Source of the DNA: Camelus dromedarius
Taxonomy: Eukaryota
Length of the DNA: 64,000 nucleotides
Assembly (NCBI RefSeq): GCF_036321535.1
Contig: NC_087437.1
Location: 107,820,001-107,884,000, forward strand
Reading direction: 5' to 3'
Of this stretch, positions 27,360 through 42,409 are shown one piece after another; position 1 is the stretch's first letter, and each line of letters begins with the position of its first letter. Under the pieces are notes generated by a model that saw only the letters and a program-made list of their open reading frames with translations, searched no databases and was not told the origin of the DNA. The position numbers and the translations under genes are program-made.

Positions 27360-28050
27360 CAGATGGTGATGCTCTGATTCCATCTTTCCTTCCATGTATG
27401 CAGTTAATTGTTCATTCTACTTTAAGAACCCTCTCTCACCCCATTTATCCACTTATTTATTTATTGCACTATGTACTTCGAGATTTATATTTTATTCAAA
27501 AAGATCCATAATAAGATATCATATGTTTCCCTAGATTTGGCCTTAAATCTGGATTCTGTGTCTTTCTGACATGCTTCTACATTCGTTAAGTACTTCATTA
27601 TTTTCATATCAAACAAGATGTTCCTTCTTGAACTTTTTCTGACCTAATCCTAGGACCAATAATTTTTTCCAAGAAGTTCTGGTTGTTTTCAATGAGGCTT
27701 AGTGCATAGAAACCAGGATCATGGGTTCGGGTGTATATATTGCAACTAAGGCATCACTGCCCTGGGGCCCTTTTAGTGAACAGAACCAGGAAATCCATAT
27801 ATACACACCCAGTTATGTGCACACGCACGCACATACTCTATTACATCCCTATGTCTGTGTCTGTCTGTCTCATTTCTCTATATTGAAAACTGTGAATGTC
27901 TGCCAGTTTTCACAATCCTTCTCCAGCACCGTGACACTCATTTTAGTGTTCCCCTTTTCTTATTTTTAACCTTACTTTTTCAATTGTAAGAAACCTGGCT
28001 CCCATTATCCTCGACATACTTACTTATTGCTCAGTCTTCCTGTGTGCACC
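27360..28050 (-). mobile_element. L1MC/MD-like 3' UTR fragment
   Basis: 'ttttccaagaagttctggttgttttcaatg...tagaaaccaggatcatgggttcgggtgtatatattgcaact' and 'aagaaacctggctcccattatcctc'. Confidence 0.7.
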
Positions 28051-28171
28051 TGATATCTTGACTCTGCTGGATCCTAATCCACCCTCTTTCCTCTCTTGGG
28101 ACCCAACCCCTGCCAAGCCAGATCCTCTTTCTCAATTTGGGGGACCTAACAGATTTTTGGATAAATTATTC

Positions 28172-28282
28172 AGAAAGGAAGGAAAGAAGAAAAGAAAGGA
28201 ATGAGGAAGGAAAAGAGGGAGAAATAGAGAGGGGTAAAGAGGAAGTAAGGGAAGGAGGAGAGAAAGAAATAAAGAAGGAAGT
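28172..28282 (+). repeat. Purine-rich (GAA/GGAA) low-complexity tract next to a MIR fragment
   Basis: About 110 nt of almost only A/G, followed by MIR-like 'gaatttgaatccaggcctgtctgactccaaa'. Confidence 0.85.
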
Positions 28283-31200
28283 ATACAACATTGTAGAATG
28301 ATACAGCAGAATTTGAATCCAGGCCTGTCTGACTCCAAATTGGGAGCTCTTTCTTCTACATTGTGTTATATCCTGATGCAGGTTGCATCTGAGTGTGTGT
28401 GTGTGGTTAACTTACCAATATAAAACAAATTATTCCTCTAAATATAAGACAACATTATAGTATAAACCACTTTAACGATGTATATTGACTAATGTAATAT
28501 TTTCGAATTAAGATGTGTTTTCTCAAAGGGATGAATCTGAAGACTGAGGATGATGATATAGTGAGAAGAGATCATGAATAGTTATCAGACCTGGTTCCTA
28601 CCCTGGGCTCTATTACTTGTATACCAGCTGTGTGACTTTTAGCATGCCAGTAAAACATGTGGGTGTGAGGTTTTGTTCACCCTTTAAAAAAAAAGACCTA
28701 GAGATGATCTCTTATATCTCATATACTCAAAAATGTTACATAATCCCTTATCTTTGTTTTACACCATTTAAGAGGGGCTATTTTCACAGATTTACACAAC
28801 GCAAGCATTTGGCACCTCTGATCTGAAATGTAGAAACAAAAATATGTGAATTTGTGCAGCAAAAGTAAAGAACTGGCAGAGATTATGTGTAGCTTAAATT
28901 GAGAACATTGACAATGAATACAGTACTTCATATAAGATCTTAATATGTCTCAATAGCATTCCTACATTTAAAAAAATAAGAAAATAACAAGAGCAATATA
29001 ATGAGCTTTCTGAGTTACTGAAATAATTTTATATTATCTTCTCTATAAAAATATCTGTCTTAATTTAGATTATTCATCAACAATAAACTTAGTACAAAGG
29101 ACAAGAAACTAAAAAGAATTAAAATTATGTTCCTACAAAATTGGCTAATTAATAAAATTTTTTGAAATATATTACATATGTTTATAAATGTTCTGTTAAA
29201 ATTATTTAAAAAACTAGACTAGAAACACCATGTTATATTTAATTTAAAAAGCCAAATTAATGAAATGTTCAAACTATGCTTTTCTGAATGTAGAACTCAG
29301 CACTCTACCCTCAGACATATGGCAGAAAAGTTTATGGTCAAATAAATCCTGCTCTTCCTTTTTCCCTCCTCCCCATTTTCTATTTTCTCCTGTAAATAAA
29401 TGTTTTGGATTTTTTTTCCCCCAAACGGTGTAATACAAGAAAGCTGATTTTGGATGATTTTTCTGTGTTGAGAGACTCAATCTGATAGATGATACAAATA
29501 GAATTTCTTATTTTAGCATTTATAGACATTATAAATGTGTGATTACTGCATTTGACTCATTATACATAATAAGAGGAGATGGTAATGGTACACACATCCC
29601 AGACTATTTAAAGCTGTTTTCACCCAGGCTTCCCTTTATACAGGGCATGAGGCTCATTCAAGTAGCCTGGACCACTTATGGGTAGCCACACTCCTCAGCA
29701 TCCATGCCTGTTCCTATATCTGGCCACCTTGAGGGGTCAACCAACTTCACAGACACTTATTTTACATTTTATTTTCACTTCTTACATTATATATATATAT
29801 TTTTTCTATAAGCTTATACTAGGACAGTGAATATATTTTTAATTAATCAATTGTTTATTAAAGTAATACTTTTCTACCCTGTGTTCCTTGGAATGGATTT
29901 GTTGCTCAGTGTCTATGTCCTGAATGACAGCCCTGTTGATTTACGGGTTTACAATAGACGGTAGTAGAGTTTTCCATCAATAATTTGATGTATGTTCTGG
30001 TTTCCAAGGACTTATGTAATAGGAATAGTAATTTACTAACTCTTGGAAAGTCTATGTAAGGTCCATCCAAAAGTCATCCTCACCAGTTAAAAATACTAGA
30101 ACACACACTACTTTGAGTTTATATAATCTAGCTGGCTGGGAAAAGTTTGCTCCAAAGGTAACAATGTGATAAAAGACATCCTTGCCTTCTGTTGTTGTTA
30201 AAACACCTTCATAGCTCTAGTAGGGTGAAACCAATAATTTAAAGCACTGGGATATGTGCTGGAGAGAGCAAACACTCCTCTACAGATGGTATCCCCTTTC
30301 CTTCCTCTTCCTTCTAGATTTTGCTCCGCATCCCTTGAGTGAAGCAATAGTTTTAAGTGACATTTTCCCTGTGACAACTGTCACTATGAAAGTTTACCCA
30401 AAGGAGAAGATAAAAGAAACCTCAAGGTCAATGCCACCTTTCCATCCTCTCACAGTCTCTCGAGCACACACTTACATGTCTACAGCATCCGCCACACATG
30501 GGAACCTACTCAACTTGCTCTTTCTAAAGAGCTGTAAATGAGAAGTGTAAGAGGAAGCAACTATTTTTGTGGTCCTGACCTTTTCATTGATTGCTTTATT
30601 TTTGAAATGTTTCCTGAAATTACATAAAATACCATAGGAAAGTAAAAAAAGAGAGAAAGAAAAAAAAAGAGACATACTCATGTAAAGTATCATAAGACAT
30701 GGAAGAATTCATATTCATTTTAGCTTTACTTTGCTACATTTTTATGTATCTATATATTCCAAACACTCCAGGGTCAACATTAAATCATACAGGATCTGAG
30801 CCACCTCTTGAACAAGCAGATAAATTTTCTGTTAACTCTACTTGCATAATTGGCATTGTTGGTGCTATTTTTAGATACCATACTATACATCTGAAGATAC
30901 AAATTACATGTATTTTCAACTGCTCAGAATATTTTTAACAGAAATGTGACATGAAGACTACTAACAATGCCCCATATTTGGCAAAATATTTTGAGGCAAT
31001 TTAATGAAAAGTAGAGCAGTGAATGATTTATAACAAAATTCTGTTTTCTTTTGAAGACTTCTTAATATGCAACAGTCACATACGCTTATACACTTGATGA
31101 CTAATCTTCAGAATCCCATTTTGCCTCTTCTTACATTTTCATTAAGAACAAGAAAATTATAATCTCCTAATCTCCAAATTTTCTTCCTCTTTTTCTAAAT

Positions 31201-31950
31201 CCTTAAATGACCAAGGAAAGAGTGCCCATAAATGGCTTCCTCTTCAGAGTAAGAGGTAAAATTGAGTGATGTTGTTTTTGAAATGTGGACATTGATTTCA
31301 TAAGTCAAATGTCACAGGCTGGGGGCAGAGTATGAGTGCTTATGTGTCCTCATCGGCTCAGCCAGCAGTGTTGACAGCCCTCTCATCTGAAGTTGCCAGA
31401 GCCAACACCTGGTTTATTCCTAGAGGGTTGTACTTGGCGGTGACATTGTTCAGACACTGACATGTAAAATGAGTGTTACAACAGTGGAGCATTTCAGCCC
31501 ATGATGGTGTTACTTCAAGGTTTACCTGGAAAGAACAAAATTTTCACTTATGCTCTAATAAGTGCTTGGCATTTTCTTTTCTACTTAGCCCATGAAACTC
31601 AAAAATGCTTGATCTGTTTAATATTTCAGATTATACTGATGATAGTGTGATAAATAGGCTAAATTTTGCCAACATAGCACATGGTAACTGTTGAGATTGT
31701 TTCATGTGTGTGTTCTTAATTTTCTTAATGAGCTCCGATGCTTCGTGGGAGTAAATTGACTATTATTTATATTGTTTTCGGATGCCCAGAGGCTTAAATG
31801 TGATTCATCTGTGAAGGAAGAGCTTTTATTTCTCTAACAGAGCATAAATGAGGTGAAGTAAAATGTCAGTCATCAAACTGAAAATAAGATGGATGTGAGT
31901 GACTCCCAATCTCAGTGAGACATGTGCTCCAAGGAACAGGACTGTGTCAA

Positions 31951-32297
31951 TGTCTTAGTCAGTTGGGGCTGCTATAACAAACTACCATGGACTGGGTAGC
32001 TTATGAACAACAGAAATTTATTTCCCACAGTCCTGGAAGATGCGGAGTCCAAGATGAATATGCAAGCATGGTTGCATCCTGGGCAGGGCTCTTGCCCTGG
32101 TTCATAGCCAGTGCCTTCTTGCTGTGTCCTCACATAACGGAAGAGACTAGGGATCTGAAGCCTCTCTTATAAGACTTCAGTCCATTCATAAGGGCAGAAC
32201 TTCCCAAAGGCCCCATCTCCTAATTCCATCCCATTGGGCATTAGGATTTCAACATGCAAATCTTAGTGGAGGGTACATGAATGCTCAGACCATAGCA
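31951..32297 (-). mobile_element. MLT1A-like MaLR solo LTR with 5 bp TSD
   Basis: TG...CA termini ('tgtcttagtc...catagca') with perfect flanking GTCAA at 31946-31950 and 32298-32302. Internal 'gctataacaaactaccatggactgggtagcttatgaacaacagaaatttatt'. Confidence 0.92.
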
Positions 32298-33249
32298 GTC
32301 AATGTCAACATTTAAGAAATTCTAATTTTCTTACCATTAGGTGAGTTTAGGTTTCCTTGACTGTATAATGCACAGAAAGGGAATATATCTCAGAAAATAA
32401 AGTAAAAAATCCCTATGTCAGTGTGATCCCTAAAGCTATAGATTTATCTAAAAGAAAAATGGTCGCTGACCAGATCAGTGGGAACAACTTTCTCAGACAT
32501 TTGCTGATAACATCTGAGATCCTCAGAAGAGTTGAGTATGCCCAGGTTTTGCTGGGGGATGACAATGAATCTATATACCAGGAAGAAAAAGCACACCAGC
32601 AGAAGCAAACAGGTCATAGAAGCAATATGAAAACCAACAAATCATGGCCACGGTCAGTGGCCTTAGATTTTCTTTGTTGAATCTGACATTAGGAAATTCT
32701 TTCTTTAGGACATCTAAAGACTGTAGGACTCAGGGTATTACAATTTCCTTAAAAATGTGCTGAGCATGTGATTCACAGTTTACTATTTGGGTGTGTCTAA
32801 GTAATATATTTTCTTTATTTCTAGATTCGAAGTTAATTTCTGACTTAAGGCCTCCACTTGCCTAATGTGAACTCTATAAACTAGCTTATTATGCTCTTCC
32901 ATTTTTTATTTCTGAGAATTCCTAGATCAAATCATAATTTTCAGTGGCAGTTTGGCTCACAAGTCCATGTCTGTCTTTCTCCTCTTCCCAGTCCTGTCTT
33001 AGCCTTTGAGGTTCATAAATTTCCAGCCCTAGAAAAACTAACCCTAACTCTGGTTTTTCGAAGTGACTGTTCACCCATTGGTGATGCGAAAAGAGAGGTC
33101 CACTTCTTCTTCTTATTTGCTTTTTGGCAGGAATAGCAACTATACCAGCTTGTCAGTACATATTTGATTCCCTGGCAGTTCTTTGGTATTGCCTCTGAGG
33201 TTCTGGGCTTTTGGTAGGAGTTTTAATTGCACCATAAACAACCTTATAT

Positions 33250-33560
33250 TCTCCTTGACTTAAAATAACAAAACATTTCTTTCCTCATAAATGTTCAGGG
33301 TCAGCTGGGGCAGCCCAGCACAGAAAGTATGATGAGTTCGTGTCTTCAGTAGGTAACTGGGATCTGCTCTCCTCATGGTGGATGGCAGAAACCCAGGAGG
33401 AGAATAAGAAACACCCAACAGCCCACTACCTCTTCTTTCATACTTCACTCACTGAAGCAATCATATGGTCAAGACCAGCTTAAATGGGACAGTGAAGTAT
33501 ATTCTACCCCAAGGGACGTATGGCAAAAATGGGTGGTGAAAAATTAGACAAATACTGCAA
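33250..33560 (-). mobile_element. Old MLT1-type LTR fragment
   Basis: 'ctctcctcatggtggatggcagaaacccaggagg...ctgaagcaatcatatggtcaag...gtgaagtatattctacc'. Confidence 0.55.
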
Positions 33561-36499
33561 TACAAGTGGGACATGTAATCAGCCTGTTCTATGTCCACCC
33601 CACTCTCAAATTCAAATCCAGCTGGAAGTAGAAACAAGAGTCAAATAGATAGTAGGTCAAAATATCATCTTTTCTTCCAAATTAGACTTACTGGAGAAAT
33701 CATGGCTCTCTAGGCAAACCTGCCTCAAAACTTGAGCCAGCAATTGTCATCATTCTGTAATGAGGAAGAAGATACTAGACAAGCATTGCTAAAACGGAAG
33801 GACCCCGGAATGGGAGGATTCATACTCAGACGATTTCTCGTTTCCAATCTCACTAGCAGACATTGTTTGGGTACCATTTCTCCTTGGGAAAGAGGAGTGA
33901 GAGGTAGAAAAAGCCTATGTTTATTTGTCCCATATTTTTCTCCCTCAGACAGTACAGAACTTTCAACCCACATTAGAATTAGAATTCCACTCTAACAGAT
34001 GTCTCCTCTGACTTCATTATGGCTCCTCTCCCATTTCTTTGGATGTAAGTCTTTTCAACTTATCTCTGAGAGCCTCTCACTCTTACCTCCGCTAACTTGG
34101 CATCCTCCTTGGATCTCTCTCCTCCCTCAACTCACCAACATAAATTAAGTTAAGAATATTCTCTACTCCAAGTGAGCCGGGTGGGAAGGGAGGGAAGAAT
34201 TGTACACAAATCATACAATTGCCAGTGTAAGACACACCTATTAGGCTTTAGATCTGAACACTCCCCAAATGGGTGTGAGTCATGATGAAAGAGGTCCACT
34301 TATCATCCAGTGTCCTTCGGACAAACAACATGTTCCTGCATTTTCCTCGCTCTGCTCCTGTGGGATTTATTCCAGGGATGGAGAGTGAAATGTGGTTCTT
34401 CATCCCTCTCACTCCCAGTTCTCTCATGTACCCCATGCTATTCCATCTCCCCCGGGAAAGAGAGATGACACAGTTGTGTCTGTTCATAACAGCATGCTGA
34501 TCTGGATAACTCATCCTCAGATTGGTGTGTTTTCAGTTTAGGATTTAACAGTTTGTAGCTTTGCTTTTAGGGCAATCACCATAGTTTCTTTGATGCTGAT
34601 ATAGTGAGAGAGCAGAAACACAATACGGGGACAGAGGTAGGAATTAATTTTTCATCAATACAGCACTTATGATTCTGCCACACAGAAACCGTACATATTT
34701 ATTCGTTCATTTTTGTTTTCATTTGGCAAATATTCCTTGACATTCTTCTATATTTCCAGCACTCTGGCCAAGACTGAATACCCTACAGAGAGCTAGATAG
34801 GGATGTGACTCATACTCATCTACTTATAATTTATTGGGCTATTGATTTTATTGTTTTTCCCTTCCTTTCAATTAAACATATTCAACCAATGATTGAAAAC
34901 ATGTTTTTAATTGAGAGTAGCAGGCATTTCCTAACTTTTATGTATTGCAAACCAAGAATAAATTCTTGTTAAACCAACATAGAATCCTTATCTTTGGTAT
35001 GTATGTTTAAGTGGCTGCTATAGTTAAAATATCCCCAACAAAAAACAACACAAAATGCATAAGGCTCATTGCTCAACTCTATTTGAACCACTGAATATGT
35101 AACATATAAAAATTCTATGGAGTATTAATATATTAATGCATTATTTCTAATAAATGCACTGAATAATTCAATGAAATTTGGAATTACTGTTTTACCCTTG
35201 AGTTTTCTTTTGGTTCAGCTTTATTTTGTCTTCCACAGCTGTATCACACCTTAGATGAATTTATATCCAGAAATTTTTTTTTGATTATTTATTAGATTGT
35301 ACATTTTTACCGAAGAGAGGTAATTGGCTTATTTTAGGATATATTCTCGCTAATTTTGGTATGCAAAAGAGCCATGTGAAATCTTATTTTGAAAGTATTT
35401 TCACTAATTATCTTCCTTGGTTAAAGATCCTGTTGTGTAAGAGACTCCTAAATTAGAATTTCCAACAAAAAATGTGTCGCCATGCTAGCAGTTTATTATG
35501 TTTTGAATAATTTTCAATATTCATTATTCACCCAGGCTTTTCTTTCTCCAAATCACTTTCCTCCCCACCAAGTAGTAGACATTGAACCTCCACTTGACAA
35601 CCTCCAAATCTGGGAGTTGGACTTTTTTCCTGCTTCCTCAGCAGCTGGCTGGGACCCAGTTATGAGATTAAGCCCACCCAGTTTTCTGAAGCATTCATCA
35701 GCAAGACTAGCAACACAGGCAAGGCATTGCTTGTCAAACCTCTTTGGAATTAATCATATAGATTTTTTTAAAGTTTTAATTCTTTGCATGCCTTCAGGTA
35801 GGCTCAGAAGAAGACATTATTAACTATTTTTGGCAATAGGAATATTTGCAATTATAGGGGACCAGTTATATTCTAGGACTGACTCCTCTCTTCAAAACTA
35901 TGCCATAAATATTACTTTTCCTGTTTAAAGATGATGGATGTATGGTTCAAAGAGACTTTAAAAGCTTTTTGAGGCTGTAGAACTAGCAAGGAGCAGATTT
36001 CTGATTCAAACTCTATGTATCTGATCCAAAGCCAGGTTCCCTGCAGCATACCAATTTCTTCCTTTCTGAACCAAAAGCACTTTACATACTGAAGTCCTTA
36101 CATCAGCTAAAGGTAGCAAAGTCAGTAGCTTTTAATAAAAACAGGGAAACATTTTGCATTTTGAAGAAGATGGAAAACTAGCACCAAAGCTACTAAATCT
36201 GTGCTAGCAAGCTCTCTCATGCCCGCTCACAAAACATACATCAGAAGTTTTCATCCACACCACTTTATTCTCCTGCAAAAATGCTTTGCATTTGTTACTG
36301 AATGCCCCTATGACAAAAGTTAATTGTCCATACTTTCACCAGATATCCTAGATTTTCTAGAAGATATTTCTGAGTATCATTGCAAAAGCAATCAAGTTAT
36401 AGTTCTGATTACAAAAATTGCAGAGTAACTTGTGTCACTACTCTGTAGGCAGGTAATTTAAAACTTTTTCATAAATGTAACATAAAGTGATATATGAAG

Positions 36500-39400
36500 G
36501 CCCTGGAGACTAAACAAGAGTGGGTAAAGAATGGATGGGGCTTGGTCTGTGAAAAAAGGGAGTGCAAAGTTGAGATTCTCATTTATACATCCTTTCCCCT
36601 GAGGGCATCCCAAGGTCCAAACAGCACCAGCCACTGTTATTTTCAATTGAGGTATCAGGAGACAGATTTGGGGCTAGAGTAACTTCAAATTGAGAGAATA
36701 AATCCCAGAAAGGAGGTTAGTCGCAGGACAGGGAAGCCTGAAAATCTACGTATAAACCCTTCTCAAAGACTTGACTGACCCTTGACTGAATGTGTGCAAG
36801 GAAATCCAGTAATAATTGAATTAATCAGCAATAACCAAAGCTAGAAAGTGAAAATGCAATACAGAACTTTCTTTTGTTGCCCACTGAAGAGAGTTAAAGT
36901 CTCACGTTTGAGTCCTGCTAAGTTAGAAGATCTTGGTAAGATCTCAGCCTTTTCATTAAAGTTCCAGAAGGTAGAAAAAATACTATGTGCCAAAATTAAG
37001 AGACATGGGGTAAACTTGAAAAAGATAGACTTTAACAAAATATAAAGCAAAGCCTTCAAAGGAAGGGTGACTAGTCTCTTACTAACCAGAAAGTAATTTA
37101 AATGACAAACTGCAACAAAAGTTAACAGTTTTCAGAAGTAAATAACAGAACCAAGAGTCTCCACAAAATATCTTCTACACTATAAAAAAATCTGGATATG
37201 CAAAGAATGGGAAGGTGACACTTAATCCAGAGATGAGTCAGTCAATACAAAGGGGTCATGAAATGATGCAGATGTTAGAATTAGATGACAGGCAATTTAA
37301 AGCAACTATTATACAAGTATGTCAAGACGTAAGGAAAGGAATGGTCATAATTGTTTAACAAAGAAGGAATCTCAAAGGAGAATCAGACTTCAAGGTACTG
37401 AAAAGGGAAATATACACAATGAAAAAATAAATACATTGGGTAATCAACTACAAGAGCTTCCAATGCCTAAAGCTAGAATGATTTGGGCAGAAAATAAAGT
37501 AGATTAGCTTATAATCTAAAGTATGATATACATATCCAAAAGTTCACACTGATATAAATAAATGATAAAATAAATTAACACATGAGAGAAACTTGACTAA
37601 TCCAGTAAGCAGAAGAATTCCAAATAATTCATGTAGATACTCCACCTTTAGGAGGAGTCACGCGCCTCTACTCTCCTATAGTGTGGGCTGCACATAGAGA
37701 TTTCCTTTGAAGAATACAGTATGGAAGTGGAATGAAATTTCTCTCACCTCACCAGTGGAGAAAACTGAAAAATGTCACTTCAGGCAGGTGCCAGGTGATT
37801 GAGAGCAACAGTAACACCTACAAATCTTGTTGATCATACAGTCTTGATGTTATATGACAAAAATATGACAAAAATAGCACTTGACCCCTGTAATTTTCTT
37901 TCCCAAAACTCATAACCTCAGTCTAATCATGAGAAAAACCTGAGAGAAATTTCAAGAGTGGAACATGCTTCAATATACTTAATCAGTTTTCAAAACTGTC
38001 AGGAACAACAAAAACAAAGAGTCTGAGAAACTATAACAGTCCAGAGAATTCCAATAAGACATGACAACTACATGTAATGTTGTAGCCTAGATGGGATCTT
38101 GGAATATAAAAAGGACATTAGGTGAAAACTAAGAAAATCTGAATAAAGTATGGATTTTCATTAATAATAATGTATCAATATTAGTTCACTAAATATAATA
38201 AATGTTCCATACTAATATAATATGTAAATAATAGCAGAAACTGTGTAAAAAGGTATATGGGAACTCTCTGTACCATATTCTAAATTTATTTCTGTAAATC
38301 TAAAACTGCTTTAAAAAGTAAAATCCATTTATATATATGAGCTTTACAATAGATTAGAGATAGTAGAATAAAGGGCTAATGAATTTTAAAAAGATCAATA
38401 GAAATTACTCAATTTTAAAAACCAAGAAAAAAATATTAAAATATATCCTCAGGAACTTGTCAAACAATATCAAACTGTCTGACATACATGTTCCCAGAAA
38501 AAGAGGAGAAAATAGAGAAGATATTTAAAGATGTAGTGGCCAAAACTGTCCAGGGTTTGGAGAAAAACACTGACCTACAGATACAAGATGCTTAGTAAAC
38601 TCCAAGGAGGACAAGAACAATGAAGCCTCTACCTAGATGCCTCATAGCCAAACTAATAGAAACCAGAGGTCACTTATGGATGTATATATTAAACAGCCAT
38701 AGGAAAAAAGGCACATATTTACAAAGAAATAGGTAATGGTTGACTTCACATAGAAACAATGAACGTAAGAAGACAAAATTTAAATTATATTTAAATTAAT
38801 AAAAACAGGAACAAAATTTTCAACCCAGATTTTTATATCCAATCAAAATAACTTACAATAGCCAAATAAACATATTTTTAGGCAACTAAAATTGAGAAGA
38901 TTTTTAAGTTCTCAAATCTTGTACTATAAGAAATGCTAAAAGGAATTCTTCAGACAAGTAAAATAACACCAGGTGGAAAAACAGAACTACAGAAAAGACC
39001 AAAGATCACCAGCAATGAGAGTTGTAGATACATAAAAAGACTATATTATTTCTCTTAATGTCTTTAAAATGAAAATCAATGACCTAACATTAAAATAAAA
39101 CATTGAATTGTGAGATTATAAAATAATTAGATTTAAAACTTATGACCATAAATATGTAGAATGGAGATGTATATGTAACATTATTTCAACATTCTCACAT
39201 TTCACATTAAGTTGTACAATACTAACTGTAAATAGCTTGTGATAAATGAAAGATACTTATTTATATACCTGTAGTACAAGACTGAAATCCTACAGAGCAT
39301 TTTTGATAACCATTAAATTAAATTTGATATCTATTATAATTTTAGCCCAACTAGTCCAAAATTTTTGGAAATTAAATAAATAAAAAAGAAATCACAAGAA

Positions 39401-40030
39401 AATTATAAAATGTTCTGAAGTTAATTATAAATACAATACAGTTTGTCAAAATTTGTGGAAAGCAGCTAAAATTGTACTTAGTGGAAATTCATAATTGTAA
39501 ATGTTTTAAGAAAAGAAGGAAGATTTGAAATCAGTGATAGGTTTTCCATCTTGTACAACTAGAAGAAGATGAGCAATTTATACACAAATCAAGTAAAAGA
39601 AAATAATAATAAAGGTCACAGATAATGACAATAAGTAGATTTTTTCCTAACAGTAGAAAACAAGCTGGTCAAGGAAAAAGAATGTCAGAAAATAGAAAAT
39701 TACTAATATCAGAAATGATATAAAGTATATCATTACAAACTCTATTGACAATACATGTATAATAAGAGAATGTTCACGAACAACTTTATTCCAACAAAGT
39801 TAAAGACTCTGATGATATGGACACATTTTTTTTTTTTTTTTTTGTGAAATAAAACACAACAAAACTGACATAGGAAAAAATAGAAAGTCCAAATAGTTCT
39901 ATATTTATATCTATTAACTCAATTGAATTTGTTATTAACAACCTTCCTCCAAAGAAAAGCACAAGGCAATACATTGGTGACGTATATAAAATATTTTAAT
40001 ATTAAATATGCTAATAGTAAACAAATTCTA
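36500..40030 (+). mobile_element. Old L1M 5' region: 5' UTR, ORF1 and part of ORF2, interrupted by a nested L1 3' UTR
   Basis: A-rich sense L1 motifs 'gatgttagaattagatgacaggcaatttaaagcaactatt','acctacagatacaagatgcttagtaaactccaagg','caacccagatttttatatcca','tcaaaatttgtggaaagcagctaaa','actaatatcagaaatga'. Confidence 0.8.
37440..38325 (+). mobile_element. L1MC/MD-like 3' UTR nested in the ORF1 of the older L1
   Basis: Ends in the characteristic 'ataataatgtatcaatattagttcact...tatatgggaactctctgtacc...tctgtaaatctaaaactgctttaaaaa'. ORF1-like sequence resumes afterwards. Confidence 0.8.
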
Positions 40031-42409
40031 AAACATTATTTGGTAGTTCTTAGAGAAGGAGGAGCAGGAGATAGAGGAAAAGACAATTCAGCTTACAATA
40101 ACTTCTACCACACTAAATTATAGTTCCATTTCTGTTATTTCATTCATTAAACTAATTTCCTACCGAGGCTCTTACTCTTTGAGATCTTCCCTGATAACTC
40201 TTTTGAAACTCACTTCTTGAGATTGTACAAAATTTACCTTCTTTCTCATCTCCTTATATTGGTATAAGTTTTTTTTTTTTTCAAGAATTCTACTCCATCT
40301 AGATGGCTTAGATTATATCCAAGTTATTTTAGCTACAAATTTCTATGATTATAGTGCTGTCACAAAATTTTAAGTGAAGAAGCTACTTCAATAAAGCTTG
40401 GAGGTGGCTGGCTTAGAAAAACTTTGAAGTTGATATTAAGAAAGTGATTGAGTAGTATGTTCTTTTACACTTGAGTGAAGATTTGGACTTTACATCTTTA
40501 CCAAGTTGTCACCTCCCCTCACTACAACAAGAAAGAAACATCTACTTCAAAAAATGAAATTTTAAATAGTAGTGCTATAATAAACATATCAAAATTAAAT
40601 GATTGTTTTGAACATTTACTTAAATGGATGGATATTTACTAATTATAACAGCAATGTTAAAAAGTATCTCATATTAATATGAAAATTGAAATGATTTTTT
40701 AGATTTATGTTATAGTATTATTGATATGAACAAACCAATATGAAGTTCATTCTGCAAAATTATTTTTAACATCATTATAGAAGCAGCATCTTCCTCACAC
40801 TAGGAAATACAGCTATACACACATGACCTGTAACTTCTAGACTTAGTTCTCAGTATTTCAAAGAAATTTAGAAAAAGGTTTCTGTCTACCATACCTGAAT
40901 TTTCAAGCCTGATTGTTTTTCAGTTGTTTGTTTGTCAAAGTCAGTCATTACTTGTCCTCTGCTGTCGTGGAATACTTGGGACACATGACTCAGCTTTCCA
41001 TGTGCATGTGGAAGGCTTGGGGGACAGATTTGGAAGAGAGAACAAAATGAAATAACTTGGTATTTACAACACATTATTTTTGTAACAATTATTTTTCCTT
41101 GGAGCCACACACAGATTCAATATTATCCCATTTTTTCAACCTTATTACATATATATATATTATTTGTAATAAAATTTCACCATTAAAAGCACCCTTCAAA
41201 CATTTATTTTACAAAAGTCAGTTTTATATGCTTCTTTTGAATTTAATATAATAATTACCTTATCTTCAATTAAATCAATACCCTCAGGTTTAATGAAAAT
41301 ACGTCACCAAGATCTCAGTAATTACAAAAAGGAAAGTGCATCTAATCATATTATAAAATTTATTTTGGCACTAATTCTATATTTTAACATGTGACAATAA
41401 ATAAGATAATTCCTGTTATTCTTCATGAAACTATAGTAAAACATAACCAAATTATCTGAGGATGATGAAAATCAATAAACTGCAGGAGAGCTTAATAGCC
41501 ATTTGTCCTGATTTTAGCCAATACAATGGACTATAAGCATATCTTCTGAAATATCCCTTGACAGACTACAATAGAGCTACAATTTGCATTTTCCAGTGAT
41601 AGGTGTTTCATTACATCACAAGGAAGTCCTTACACTCTATTATTTTAAAAGCTCTCATTTTAAAAGGATTATCTTTTATAGAACCAGTTCCTACCTTCCT
41701 TTACTTTTTACTGATGGTTTTGGTACTCTTATCAGCAGTTATGCAGTCATTTAGCATAAGCTTCACCAGTCATCCAAAAAACAACCCTTCCAATATTAAA
41801 GACCATCACCTTCTTCCACAACTCTATTGTCTCCACCAACTTTTCTACACAATTTTTGGAGCCTCCAACCCATGAAACACACCTTTTTTCCCCTTCAAGA
41901 TATACATTGTTAGTTCCCTTAGCTAATCTTTATATGGTGTTTCCTTTGCCCTGATACTATCCAGACATGAGCATCCCATAAAGGAGCTCTCTCATGACAG
42001 TGGGAGTGGACCTACCATCATTTAGGGGGATGATGATAAAGCAACTCCATTCTTGTATTATTCTTAAAAGAAATGCAGAGTTCCCTGATATAAAGCAAAG
42101 GAGAAGAAAAATAAAATGATCAAATTGCATTTATTTTATACTAAAATAAATAAAGCAAATCATAAAGACACACACTTCATTCAACTATCTGAATTTTGTT
42201 TTTCTTACTCACACAAATACATAACATAGGTACATGGATTCTACATTTAGGCACTTCTTTTCCATTACAGAAAATATTTCAAATAGTCTATGATGCAGTT
42301 GCCTGAAAGACAAAATATGTATAATTCAAGTAGGGAAATTTCCATTATTGAAGTGAAAATGTGGACAAGCCACCATAATCAAACTGACCTTTATGTTAAC
42401 TTGGACAGA

